From positions 1 to 64,000 of IMG/VR virus record IMGVR_UViG_3300007511_000007: a DNA stretch of 64,000 nucleotides. One strand, 5' to 3'. Below are positions 25,873-35,355 of this stretch, in pieces. Both the position numbers and the translations under genes were made by a program. The stretch is from a virus. The notes beneath the pieces are model-generated. The model did not search any database. It saw only the letters and a list, made by a program, of their open reading frames with translations, and was not told where the DNA came from. Position 1 is the first letter of the stretch; every line of letters begins with the position of its first letter.

Positions 25873-27156
25873 CTACAGGACGTTGCCTTCGCTGTCGTAG
25901 ACCATGATGCCACGGAACTGACCGGGGGCAACTGCCGCCGCCGCTGTAGCAATGTCCGTGTGGTTTGCATTGGCCACTGTAGCGATACCATTGGCGGTTT
26001 CCAGAGAACAAGTTGCTCCCGCTGCCACAAAACCTACACCGGGAGCGTTGGTAGCAATGCCAAGCTGGAAACTCGTGGCCGCAACTGAACCCGCCACGGT
26101 GTAAACGCCGTTGGTCGCAGTGGTATGGGCTGCCCCGGCTGCGGTCAACGCACCATTCAGCCGTACCGTGTCACCGTTGATGAACGGATGGTTGGCACAG
26201 GTAAATGTGGCATTGGCGGCAACATCGGAAACGCCCATCGTGTAGATGAAGTTGTTGGAATGTGCGGTTCCACGAGTCGTACTCGCACCACCATTGGCTA
26301 CGCCGTAGGTTGCTGCTGTCACACCGTCGGGCATGATGGATGCATTGTAGGCGAACGGTACCGTGGCTGCCGGGGTGCGTTTGAACACCGAAAGATGCCC
26401 ACCACCAGCCGAAGCCCGAATCGAACCGCTCAGGTACAAAGCACGCATGTTCACGAAGTTCACGGAAGCGGGCCACGTCTGAGTTGCCACAGCAGCGTTG
26501 GGCTGCGTCAAGAACCCTGAAGCGAGGGTACCCGTGACGTTCCCAACTGCGGGGTGTGCGCCACCGGCATACGATCCGGCACCATCACCGAAAATCGCCA
26601 GAGCCTGAACTTCCCAGACTTCGCCCGCCAGAATACGAATGACTTCCTCGACCAATTGCGCTGCGGGCTTATTCGCACCGCTTGCATTGGATCTCAGACC
26701 CGTCGCAGTCGGAAGGGCCGGGTTCCAAGCAATCATACCCGGAGCGGAGCCGTCCATTGCTCCCACGGAGTTGATGGCTGTTACGATGTCCGCATGAGCC
26801 AGCGGAGCACCTGCGACAACCATGACGGCCAGACGAGCGGTTATCGCCCGTGCCTGTACCGGAGTCATAATCGCATCCGCACCACCAGCATCACACTGGA
26901 TATGGTCCATCAGCCAACCGGGGAGTCCCCGAGTGACTGTCGGGATCACATCAGCCACAAGAGTACCAGGTAGCTCGATGTTCATCGGGGGAATCCAAGT
27001 GGTGCCCCGATAGTGCCCATGGTCAATGTAACCTGTTTGACCTGCTCCGCTCATTCCCGGATTCGCTTGTGACGTGTTGGGTGCCACATCCGTAAACTGA
27101 ACCAGTCCATCGGGCAGATCGTTCCTGCAAGGAATGATAAACGCTCTGTTCGCCAT
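25873..27156 (-). CDS. Virion structural protein, paralog 2
   Basis: Same shared N-, mid- and C-terminal motifs; Ala/Gly/Thr-rich. Confidence 0.7.
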   Translation of the reverse strand: MANRAFIIPCRNDLPDGLVQFTDVAPNTSQANPGMSGAGQTGYIDHGHYRGTTWIPPMNIELPGTLVADVIPTVTRGLPGWLMDHIQCDAGGADAIMTPVQARAITARLAVMVVAGAPLAHADIVTAINSVGAMDGSAPGMIAWNPALPTATGLRSNASGANKPAAQLVEEVIRILAGEVWEVQALAIFGDGAGSYAGGAHPAVGNVTGTLASGFLTQPNAAVATQTWPASVNFVNMRALYLSGSIRASAGGGHLSVFKRTPAATVPFAYNASIMPDGVTAATYGVANGGASTTRGTAHSNNFIYTMGVSDVAANATFTCANHPFINGDTVRLNGALTAAGAAHTTATNGVYTVAGSVAATSFQLGIATNAPGVGFVAAGATCSLETANGIATVANANHTDIATAAAAVAPGQFRGIMVYDSEGNVL

Positions 27157-27229
27157 GTCTAAATCCTCCGTTTACTTTTCAACCCCCAAATGAGGGCAAC
27201 AAATGAATCTGCCCGAAAGCAGTTCGATC

Positions 27230-28840
27230 CTAGTACAAGGTTCCGTCGTCGTTGTATGTCGTCACGACTCTCGACGTTGCTGCTACCAATGCCGTATTCG
27301 GAGAGCCGCCCTGATAGCCGTACTTGGGAATCGGGTTCCCGGCTCCGTCAAGGGCATTCCCGCTCGCCCCGGCGTTTCCTACCATGAAAGAAATGCCGTG
27401 CAAACGCTGCGGGGTCTGCAAGAAGGAGATCACACCCTCGCCGTCAGAAGAACCGAGGGAACCGCCCGCATAGGTGGCCCGGATACCTTTGATGTCCTTG
27501 GTGTATGCGAAAGCTCCTGCCCCAATTGTGGTGACGAAACCACCCAAGCGAGCCGCTTTGATCGCCGCCCCCTGAATTGCAGACCCCGAAGGAAGTCTGT
27601 ATCCGCGCCCGGCGAGAATCTGCATAAGCTCCGAATGAACTGCCGTGGAGAGTGTTCCCGCTGAATTGAGAATTTCTGTACCAGCTACGGTGGCTGCTGC
27701 CACAGCATTCACGGTTGCAACAGGATCATTGGCCGAAGCAACGGTGCCCCCCACTCCATAGGCAGGACCAGCATTGGCAATCGTGACTGTAAAAGTTGTC
27801 GCAGTCGGTGTGCTCCCTACTACTTGTGCGCCATTCACGCCCGCCACGGAATGCCCTGCAATCACAACATTCTGACCCACTGTCAGACCATGCGCAGTTG
27901 CTGTCGTCAACACTGTGTCACCAGCAACTGATCCCGTTGTGATCGAAACCGCAGTCCGATTGGTGAACTCACTGGACACGGTGCCCGTGGCAGTTCCAGC
28001 AACACCAGTGGTATTGTTGACGCCAACACTGAAAGTCGTCGCATTGATCCGAGTGGCAATATGATCGCCATTCAAGGGGGCAAAACTATGCCCCACGATG
28101 TTGACCGTCTCACCAGTGAGGATGCCATGTGCTGTCGGAGCCGTAGAAATCACCGCAGGAGAAGCCGCAGTTGAACTCACGAGAGCGAACGACAATTTGT
28201 TGATCAATGCCTGGGCAATCGTTACAGCGTTTGCTGCGGGAAGGGCTGCAATGCCTGCAGCCGCCAAAGTTGCACCTGACAATGTGATGTCAACATCAGT
28301 CGCAACCATTGTTATGGCATTACCCGCAGCACCATAAGCAATAGCGGTTACTGTAACCACACCCAAGGCACTCTCTGCTGTAACTCCAATCCCCAAAGCC
28401 TGCGCTCCTGTCACCGCTGTCGGATCATTGATCGCCAAAGCGATTGAGGCAGCCGTTGCAGTCGCATTACCGCCTCCCGCTAGGTATTGACCAATCGCCG
28501 GGTTGGGGGCCGCATTTGCCGTCAGTGTTACTCCATTGATAACAATAGTTTGCGGTGCCGCACTAAAACCAGTGTTCGATGTCACAGTACCAGCGGCCCG
28601 CACGGTACCTCCAGCCACCACATTATCGATCAAGTAGGCGGCGAGGCCGTCGTACTGAGCGTTCGTCGTGATCGGACCAGCACCCGTAGTCATGACCACA
28701 TCGTTCTGTGGTTCATTCACATACTTGGTCTGCCCCGGAGGATCAACCGATGCGTTGGCCTGCGACGTGTTGGGTGAAAGGTCCAAAATCTGAAGTACCC
28801 CATCAGGGATGTCGGTTCTTGCTAGACAAATGAATGGCAT
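27230..28840 (-). CDS. Virion structural protein, paralog 1, with inserted beta-domains
   Basis: Shared motifs plus two HG(I/L)..G..V.I.GHS...NG repeats. Confidence 0.7.
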   Translation of the reverse strand: MPFICLARTDIPDGVLQILDLSPNTSQANASVDPPGQTKYVNEPQNDVVMTTGAGPITTNAQYDGLAAYLIDNVVAGGTVRAAGTVTSNTGFSAAPQTIVINGVTLTANAAPNPAIGQYLAGGGNATATAASIALAINDPTAVTGAQALGIGVTAESALGVVTVTAIAYGAAGNAITMVATDVDITLSGATLAAAGIAALPAANAVTIAQALINKLSFALVSSTAASPAVISTAPTAHGILTGETVNIVGHSFAPLNGDHIATRINATTFSVGVNNTTGVAGTATGTVSSEFTNRTAVSITTGSVAGDTVLTTATAHGLTVGQNVVIAGHSVAGVNGAQVVGSTPTATTFTVTIANAGPAYGVGGTVASANDPVATVNAVAAATVAGTEILNSAGTLSTAVHSELMQILAGRGYRLPSGSAIQGAAIKAARLGGFVTTIGAGAFAYTKDIKGIRATYAGGSLGSSDGEGVISFLQTPQRLHGISFMVGNAGASGNALDGAGNPIPKYGYQGGSPNTALVAATSRVVTTYNDDGTLY

Positions 28841-28940
28841 GGTCAACCTCTCTGTTTCAAATTCATCCCCAACCGTGGGGCGATTAATTCACACGTTCGC
28901 CTGTTTTTCAAACAGTTCTACTCATCCTATTTCTAGTGCC

Positions 28941-28956
28941 CTATAAAAGAGATAAC
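28941..28956 (-). promoter_or_regulatory. Candidate late promoter (GTTATCTCTTTTATAG)
   Basis: Similar TTAK-N3-TT-YKATAG elements at 34047-34061 and 53555-53570, all intergenic or at gene junctions upstream of structural-module genes. Confidence 0.45.
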
Positions 28957-28971
28957 GGAAGATAATGTTGA

Positions 28972-29736
28972 TCACTGACCCATCGAGACGGTCATAATGG
29001 AGGTGAATGGAACAACTGCGCCCTGACCTTCTAAGAGCACATTCTTGATACTGGGAGGAACTCCGTCATGTTTTTCTTGCCCGGGAACCGCACTGCAAGT
29101 ATTTCCAACATCAAATGAAACCAACAGATTGTTCCCCAATGCGGGGTCCAGATTCTGGATCATGGCGTGCAAAGTGAACCGGGGAAGTACAATGTGCATC
29201 GCACCAGGGGGACCGCCCGTAGTTCCTACTTGAGCCAGGATATCCCCCGCCACCGTACCCACTCCCGTGTTTGGGGCACTCCCCGACAAAGTCAAAGCCG
29301 GGGAAGGCGACGAATAAAAATCAGGAGGGGGCACAACATAGACCCGGTCAGGAGCCAACAAAGCTCCCGAAGCCGTGCTGAACGGGCGCACAATGAGAAA
29401 TGCAATTTGCTGGTCATGAGGGACATTGACCGCAGCGGGTGCGTGGTAGTCCATCATATCGAACATAATCCGGGTCAACCCTCGATTACTCTCATCCACA
29501 CGACCCCAGCCTCGACGCACCACACCGGGAGAACGGAACATGGTACCTGAAGGCACCGCAAAAAGAAGGTTTGGGGCTGCTGCTGGAACAACGCCATTGA
29601 CTGCCACTCCCGTGTACGCATAGGCATCATTCAAGACTCTGGCCACGTAAACCGAATAGGAAGTGATCCCCGGCTCCACCGGAATCGCCATATCGATGAA
29701 GTTGTTTGATCGTTCAATGAGGTTCAATGTCGTCAT
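28972..29736 (-). CDS. Putative virion structural protein
   Basis: 254 aa, Pro/Gly/Val-rich, within the late operon. Confidence 0.6.
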   Translation of the reverse strand: MTTLNLIERSNNFIDMAIPVEPGITSYSVYVARVLNDAYAYTGVAVNGVVPAAAPNLLFAVPSGTMFRSPGVVRRGWGRVDESNRGLTRIMFDMMDYHAPAAVNVPHDQQIAFLIVRPFSTASGALLAPDRVYVVPPPDFYSSPSPALTLSGSAPNTGVGTVAGDILAQVGTTGGPPGAMHIVLPRFTLHAMIQNLDPALGNNLLVSFDVGNTCSAVPGQEKHDGVPPSIKNVLLEGQGAVVPFTSIMTVSMGQ

Positions 29737-30113
29737 GCGCTACTCTCCTTACGGATCATCTTGTCATAAGAGGAAGCTTTTTTGCCCTTCGACTTTGCCA
29801 ACTTTTTGGCGTCCTTCCATGAATCCACTTTCTCCCCATCTACATTGGGGGTCAGGGTCGCAGTCGGGGCCTCTTTGCGTCGGGCATCTTGTTTTGCCCC
29901 TAAACGACGGTTCTTTTCAGCCATCTGCTTCTTGATCCGCAGATTCTTGTCTACCCAACCATCCCCCTTGAAGATCACATGAGTTTTCGGGACAGTCTTT
30001 CGAGTTTCAGCCGATTCACATTTGGGACAATCTTGATGAGCATCGCTCTCAGACATCTTGAGCACCACTTCAAACTCATGTCCACACTCACATTCATAGG
30101 CGTAAAACGGCAT
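29733..30113 (-). CDS. FmdB-family zinc-ribbon protein
   Basis: MPFYAYECECGHEFEV ... CPKC ... IFKGDGW. Confidence 0.8.
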   Translation of the reverse strand: MPFYAYECECGHEFEVVLKMSESDAHQDCPKCESAETRKTVPKTHVIFKGDGWVDKNLRIKKQMAEKNRRLGAKQDARRKEAPTATLTPNVDGEKVDSWKDAKKLAKSKGKKASSYDKMIRKESSA

Positions 30114-30139
30114 CTCTCGAACTCCCTACGTCAAAAGCC

Positions 30140-30490
30140 CTACCCGGCGTCACGAAGCAAGGGGACAAGGAACTTCCGGGTTTCAGGGACAGTTTTCGCC
30201 AGATGAATCGTCCGAAACTTCAACTCGTCAAAGGTGCCCCCTGCTGCCTTTATCTTACCGTGCTCCCGGCCGATTGAGGCGCACATACCCTCGGGACTCT
30301 CCACATCCTTTCGACATTCCTTGAAATACTTGACACAGTTGTCGAAACGCTCGCCCTTGCCGCCCTTGAAAGTCCCATCGGGGTTCTTGTAGGCATCCCC
30401 ACAACTACCCTGCTTCAGAAGAGGAACCAAGTGCTTCCTCATCTCCGGGGTTTCTCGACCTAACTTGACCAACTTTTCTCGCAAAAGCAT
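30140..30490 (-). CDS. Putative internal head protein with two copies of the LREKLVKL..E.PE.RKHLVPLL motif
   Basis: The motif occurs at both termini; SD GGAGGT. Confidence 0.65.
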   Translation of the reverse strand: MLLREKLVKLGRETPEMRKHLVPLLKQGSCGDAYKNPDGTFKGGKGERFDNCVKYFKECRKDVESPEGMCASIGREHGKIKAAGGTFDELKFRTIHLAKTVPETRKFLVPLLRDAG

Positions 30491-30501
30491 GACAACACCT
30501 C

Positions 30502-30972
30502 CTACATCAATCGCCCCAGATCCACTGAATCGAGAATCTTACCCACTAACGAAATTGTGCCCGCCTTCAACAACTCCCGAATCGACACCTTTGGGGCGGT
30601 ATTCCCCGGGTTCGGGTAAATCAACAAGCCGTCGAAATGGTTCATCTGGAGTGAGATAGACCCCTTTTGCGGGGGTGAGTCGGGATCTGTAGGATCATAA
30701 AAGAAGTTGGGGGGCATGTTCTTGATCCGATCAAAAGAGATCGACAATCCCGAACCCCCGCTGACCTGACGGAGTTTAACACTCCCGTACCCTCTCTTGA
30801 GGTATTTCTCCACCTCATCCCCAAGATGTCGGAGAAAACGATCCGTGGCATCTATCCAAAAACCCGGCCACGCCCCGCTTGAGGCCCCCTCTTTCCGAAG
30901 AAGCGGCACAAGGTGCTTCCTTAACTCTGGTTTCTCTTTGGCAAGCCTGGCCACTTTCTCTCGTAGATCCAT
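30502..30972 (-). CDS. Putative internal head protein with an N-terminal LREKV..LAKEKPELRKHLVPLL motif
   Basis: Start ATG 30972; motif shared with both neighbours. Confidence 0.6.
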   Translation of the reverse strand: MDLREKVARLAKEKPELRKHLVPLLRKEGASSGAWPGFWIDATDRFLRHLGDEVEKYLKRGYGSVKLRQVSGGSGLSISFDRIKNMPPNFFYDPTDPDSPPQKGSISLQMNHFDGLLIYPNPGNTAPKVSIRELLKAGTISLVGKILDSVDLGRLM

Positions 30973-30976
30973 CTCA

Positions 30977-33616
30977 TCACCCCCGACAGCAGCTTTTCTT
31001 TCTCTTTGGTTTTGCCCCTTCCCGCAAAATGGGGACAATCTGCTTTCGCAATTCGGGCTTCTCATGCGCCAATTTGACTAGTTTCTTTCTGAGTTGAGTT
31101 TGCTTCATCGCAGTAATCTCTCCACTCCTTCCCGAAATATCAAGTTGATATTGGCCTTTTTTGCCTCGATAGAAGAACATCATCTTCTTCTTTGCCAAAC
31201 GATCGAGTACCGCAATGACGTGTTTACAGGCTTTGTGGTCACCTTGAGGATCTCTCACTGTGGGATTCGCCGCCGTCCCTCTGGCCTTACCGTACAAGTA
31301 ACCATCTGCCTTAGCCCAATGCTCCGGCCCTTGCCACTGCCAGAAGTTACATGAACATGTCACCCGGACATCCAACTTCTTGTGGTCTCGGGTGTTCCCT
31401 TTTTTGAGGAATTTGATTTTGACCCGATAGGGTGCCTTGGAACCTTGCACCCTGTAAAAGTAGATCCAATTCTTTTCCAGCACTCTTTCCAGATCAACTT
31501 TCAATCCCTCTGCCCGAGTCCTGATTTTTGGCCCAGTAGTATTAATGATCTCTGAGATCTTGGCAGCAACACGAGCATTGAAGGCTTTTTTGTTCTCAAA
31601 ATCATGCCCGCTGGGGATCACTTTTGCGGAACCGGGGTTGTTGTCCACCTGCCCATAATCACTCTCATGCCCTGGCGATTTGACTTCTCGCTCCTCAATG
31701 AGGCCAGGGCGATGGGTCATAGGAACAACCCACGTTCTTGTCCCCGTATACTCTTGTGCATTCTGGTCTTCACCTGAGGGAACGCCTTTGACGTTCTCAT
31801 CATGCTGCATTCGATCCGAGGGTCTTTTACGCTCTATGTAGACATCCGCAATTTTCTGTACCGCTTGAGGGATGTTCACGATCCCATAAATGTAATCGTC
31901 ATCTGTGGGATCAATGAGTTCTGATTCGGCATCATCAAGTGAGGGGTATTCTCCGCCTCGATCCTCATCCCCCTCCATGTCATCTTCGTGCGGGTCTTCT
32001 TTCCCTTGCTCGGCGTTTTCAAAGACCCCATCTACAATCCCGCTATCCACCCGTTCGAGTTCTTCAGGAGTCATTTCCGAGAGGCTCATCTTCCCCCCCA
32101 GAGCTTCACAAGCTTTTTGGAACTCTTCGCTTCCGAGATCGATTCCGGCGGTCTCTGCGGCACCCTCGACAGCTTCGGGGGTCAGGTCGGCGTAGGCGAC
32201 ATCTCCTACTTCCGTATCGATAAGCTCGAACATTGCATCAATGTCCTGCTCGGAGAGGAACACAACACTACAGAGGAACACTGGAACAGATAGAGACTGA
32301 AAGACCCCTCTCTCTGCCAAATTGAATGTGACCATTGCGGAGAGGGGAGAGACGCTATGGACATACCCTAACTCCATGTCCTGACCGATGACAAAAGCAA
32401 TCTCGGGGGCTGTCAGAACACCAGCATTCCGACGTTTGAACCGTTGGGGGTGCTTTCTGCGAATCTTCCTCTGGCGTTTGAACGCAGGTTGGTTCTTCCT
32501 TTTCCGATACCGCTGTTTCGCTTTGATCCGATTCCGGTTCCTGTTTTTCCGGTAGCGCATTCTCGATTTGACTCGGCTCAACCCTCTCTGTTTTCTTTGT
32601 CTCCTTCTCGGCTTCTGCCTTACGGCTGCAGTCACAGCTTGAGCTTCCTCATAATCAAAAAGCCAATCCAGATAGTTGAAGAACCGCTCCTCATCTTCCT
32701 CAGATTGGAAAATGACCTCTTCCATGAACTGCTCAAAGGGGACATCGTAGATCTCACCCTCGTACTCAAAACTCACCATTCCCGTGTTGTTCAAGAAAAT
32801 GAGTTTGGCTTCTCCGTCGTAGTCTTCCAACCACACTCGAATGGTAGGGAGATTGAAATACTTGGGGATCGCACCATCAGCCTTCTTTTCGCCCTTATTT
32901 TTCTCCCGCCACTTTTTCGCCCGATCTTTATTCTCCGACACTCCTGAAGGACGCCGCTTGTATTTGTCCGGGTATTTACGACGATATTTGACATCTCTCT
33001 TGTAGTCCGTCCGGTTCTTGATCTTCCGATATCGCCGCTTGGCTTTCATCCTGACTTTGCCACGATTACGCCGATAATACTTCTGGTAGTAAATCTTGGC
33101 CTTCCCTTTCTGGCTCTTTTGCCGGTCTGCCGATGACGGAAACACTTTTGTCAATCCGCCTTGAACCAGAATCCGAAAAGCCTCGTCCACTTTTTCGGCC
33201 AACCACTTTTCAGCCACGCTTGCTGCCGTGACATCAACCCGTCGTTTCATACTCCCACTTCCGTCATCCTTCCATGGATGCCCGTATTCTTCACCGGGAA
33301 CAGCTTTGGTACGAGGCCGTTTATGAAGCGGTTTCCCGTCTGTTTCACACGAAGGAGGTGGCGCATTGTATGTGGGACGCTTCGACGGCTTATCGGGGGT
33401 CGGTTGGTGCTTCTCTCGCTCTTTCTTGTGCTTGGGGGTAATCGGGAGAGCTTGTTGTTTATTCTCAGGGACATCGGGCCGGGTCTCGAAATTGTTCTCA
33501 GGAGATTCTGAAGTTGGGGGCGTCAAATCTTTCTGACTTGGTTCCGAGACCCAAGTTTTCACGCCAGGTAATTCACTGGCAGGTTGTCGGTAGCCCTTTT
33601 TCTTAACGAGGTTCAT
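30977..33616 (-). CDS. Large protein with duplicated highly basic modules and a C-terminal SWIM zinc finger
   Basis: Two Arg/Lys-rich helices each followed by an acidic domain; VTCSCNFWQWQG ... CKHVIAVL (SWIM). Confidence 0.7.
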   Translation of the reverse strand: MNLVKKKGYRQPASELPGVKTWVSEPSQKDLTPPTSESPENNFETRPDVPENKQQALPITPKHKKEREKHQPTPDKPSKRPTYNAPPPSCETDGKPLHKRPRTKAVPGEEYGHPWKDDGSGSMKRRVDVTAASVAEKWLAEKVDEAFRILVQGGLTKVFPSSADRQKSQKGKAKIYYQKYYRRNRGKVRMKAKRRYRKIKNRTDYKRDVKYRRKYPDKYKRRPSGVSENKDRAKKWREKNKGEKKADGAIPKYFNLPTIRVWLEDYDGEAKLIFLNNTGMVSFEYEGEIYDVPFEQFMEEVIFQSEEDEERFFNYLDWLFDYEEAQAVTAAVRQKPRRRQRKQRGLSRVKSRMRYRKNRNRNRIKAKQRYRKRKNQPAFKRQRKIRRKHPQRFKRRNAGVLTAPEIAFVIGQDMELGYVHSVSPLSAMVTFNLAERGVFQSLSVPVFLCSVVFLSEQDIDAMFELIDTEVGDVAYADLTPEAVEGAAETAGIDLGSEEFQKACEALGGKMSLSEMTPEELERVDSGIVDGVFENAEQGKEDPHEDDMEGDEDRGGEYPSLDDAESELIDPTDDDYIYGIVNIPQAVQKIADVYIERKRPSDRMQHDENVKGVPSGEDQNAQEYTGTRTWVVPMTHRPGLIEEREVKSPGHESDYGQVDNNPGSAKVIPSGHDFENKKAFNARVAAKISEIINTTGPKIRTRAEGLKVDLERVLEKNWIYFYRVQGSKAPYRVKIKFLKKGNTRDHKKLDVRVTCSCNFWQWQGPEHWAKADGYLYGKARGTAANPTVRDPQGDHKACKHVIAVLDRLAKKKMMFFYRGKKGQYQLDISGRSGEITAMKQTQLRKKLVKLAHEKPELRKQIVPILREGAKPKRKKSCCRG

Positions 33617-34010
33617 TCACACTTCCTGAGAGCCATCTTTCAGAAACCCTCTTCTCCATAGACTTCTTGCCACCGCTTCCACCAAACGGGGGTTGCCCGA
33701 ATTTCACCGCATCTTCTACTTCCTTTTTTTCCGAGAGCGGGAGACGAGCCTCCAAAAAGTCTTTGCCCAAAATCGAAAGGGCATAAGAAACTTTGTCCAA
33801 TTTCCCGTCCAGTTGATCCAGACGTTCAGGGAGACCCATAATGATGTCTCCCCCCATCTGGTACAGGTCTTCCTTGTGTTTGGACTCAGAAACCAAACGA
33901 AGTGCTCGATTTATGAGATGGCGAATGCGATGAGCTTCCACCCGGGAGGCATGTACCCCTTCGGAGAGCACGGCATAGGCGGCTTGGCTACTGGCTTGTT
34001 TCTCGGGCAT
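33603..34010 (-). CDS. Hypothetical helical protein
   Basis: 135 aa in the late operon; C-terminal KRVSERW motif. Confidence 0.65.
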   Translation of the reverse strand: MPEKQASSQAAYAVLSEGVHASRVEAHRIRHLINRALRLVSESKHKEDLYQMGGDIIMGLPERLDQLDGKLDKVSYALSILGKDFLEARLPLSEKKEVEDAVKFGQPPFGGSGGKKSMEKRVSERWLSGSVNEPR

Positions 34011-34069
34011 CTTGCAGAACCCCCTATTTCTCTATCAAGGGTTCTACTATAGAAGAACTAAAGGGACGC

Positions 34070-34867
34070 TCAGGAAAGAGCTTTCTCGATTCTCTTCTTC
34101 ACGCTATCCATCTCGACGGCTTTGATCGCAGCAATTGCCTTAGGATCACCCCCGTGGTTCTCCACCGCCAACTTCACACGAGTTTTCCAGTGATGGTTGA
34201 GATCCCACTGAAACTCCCCGGCTGATCCGCGGAGAGTCTTCGGCTCATATTGAACCGGCTTGTAGTAGGACTTCTTGGCCGGGGCTTTCTTGGGGGGAGG
34301 AGACGCCACGACCGCATCGGGGAGCAATTCCGAAAGTTCCTCGCCCGCATCGGCGTGTTCAATCGGTTGTGCTTTCTTGGACACCGAACTGTCTAACTTC
34401 CTGGCCTCGGCTGCAGCCGTCCTCGAATCGGTGATCTTCGTACTCTGCTTGGCCGGAGTTTGAATCGTGGCCACCGGCCGGGCTTCCTGGTCTTCATAAA
34501 TGACCTTGCCCATTTTCTGCCCAAGATTGGCATCCGCTACCGAAGTAACTACCGTTTCTTCCTCGGCAACCGCGTCCATCTCAATGGCGTCTCCCCGATC
34601 CCGTCCCGAAGTTTGCGCCGCATGAACTTCTACCCCGGCGGGCTTGGGACGATAAGTGGAAGTTTGATCCGAAATCGGAACGAGCCACCCTTGACGAATC
34701 GCTGCCCTGACGGTGGGAACATTGAAAGTTTCAGACCCGATCTTCAAGGTCTGACCATCAAACTCTACTTCATCATTCTCCCACACGTCACGCTCTACCG
34801 ACCCCAAATGGAACTTGACCGTCGCCCGAAACGAAAGAAACTGACCCTTCTGAAATTGCATTTCCAT
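34070..34867 (-). CDS. Hypothetical protein
   Basis: SD GGAGAGG; 265 aa. Confidence 0.65.
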   Translation of the reverse strand: MEMQFQKGQFLSFRATVKFHLGSVERDVWENDEVEFDGQTLKIGSETFNVPTVRAAIRQGWLVPISDQTSTYRPKPAGVEVHAAQTSGRDRGDAIEMDAVAEEETVVTSVADANLGQKMGKVIYEDQEARPVATIQTPAKQSTKITDSRTAAAEARKLDSSVSKKAQPIEHADAGEELSELLPDAVVASPPPKKAPAKKSYYKPVQYEPKTLRGSAGEFQWDLNHHWKTRVKLAVENHGGDPKAIAAIKAVEMDSVKKRIEKALS

Positions 34868-34964
34868 GGCGTCCTCTCCATATGTCTACATTTCAATGCT
34901 GCTTCCTTTCTATCGTACCACCTTAATACGAGAAAGATTCAAAACTTGCAACTAAACTTTAAAT

Positions 34965-34992
34965 GTTACGTTTCCCCCCTCAAGAGTAGTAT
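34965..34992 (+). promoter_or_regulatory. Bipartite promoter motif copy 6 (GTTACG-N13-GAGTAGTAT)
   Basis: Upstream of the only plus-strand gene inside the late module. Confidence 0.75.
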
Positions 34993-35013
34993 AGGTAGAG
35001 AGGAGGAATTACT

Positions 35014-35355
35014 ATGCCCACAAGTTTCAGAGATGACGCCTTCGGTGACCTCGTCCACGTTTGGAAAGACGGGGATTATCTCGACGGCAAGACAGGGTGT
35101 GGTGCCGCTGTTGAGCGCAGCATTCGTATCACTAATGGGCACTCCTACATTGACCACGGTTTCAAGCTCAAGTGGACTTGCCCCAATTGTCATGCACGAA
35201 CACGAAAATCCAAGGGGCACCCCGGTTACCGAGAATGCGGACGTTGTCATCACATGACGGGAATGCTCAAAGACGGGAAACTCATCAGTTTTCCTGCTGA
35301 CATATTCGAGTTTCTCAGAGTTGAGCCTTTCGACCCTGCCAAGTCCCGCTACTAA
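35014..35355 (+). CDS. Small zinc-ribbon protein
   Basis: SD GGAGG; CPNC ... CGRC. Confidence 0.65.
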   Translation: MPTSFRDDAFGDLVHVWKDGDYLDGKTGCGAAVERSIRITNGHSYIDHGFKLKWTCPNCHARTRKSKGHPGYRECGRCHHMTGMLKDGKLISFPADIFEFLRVEPFDPAKSRY

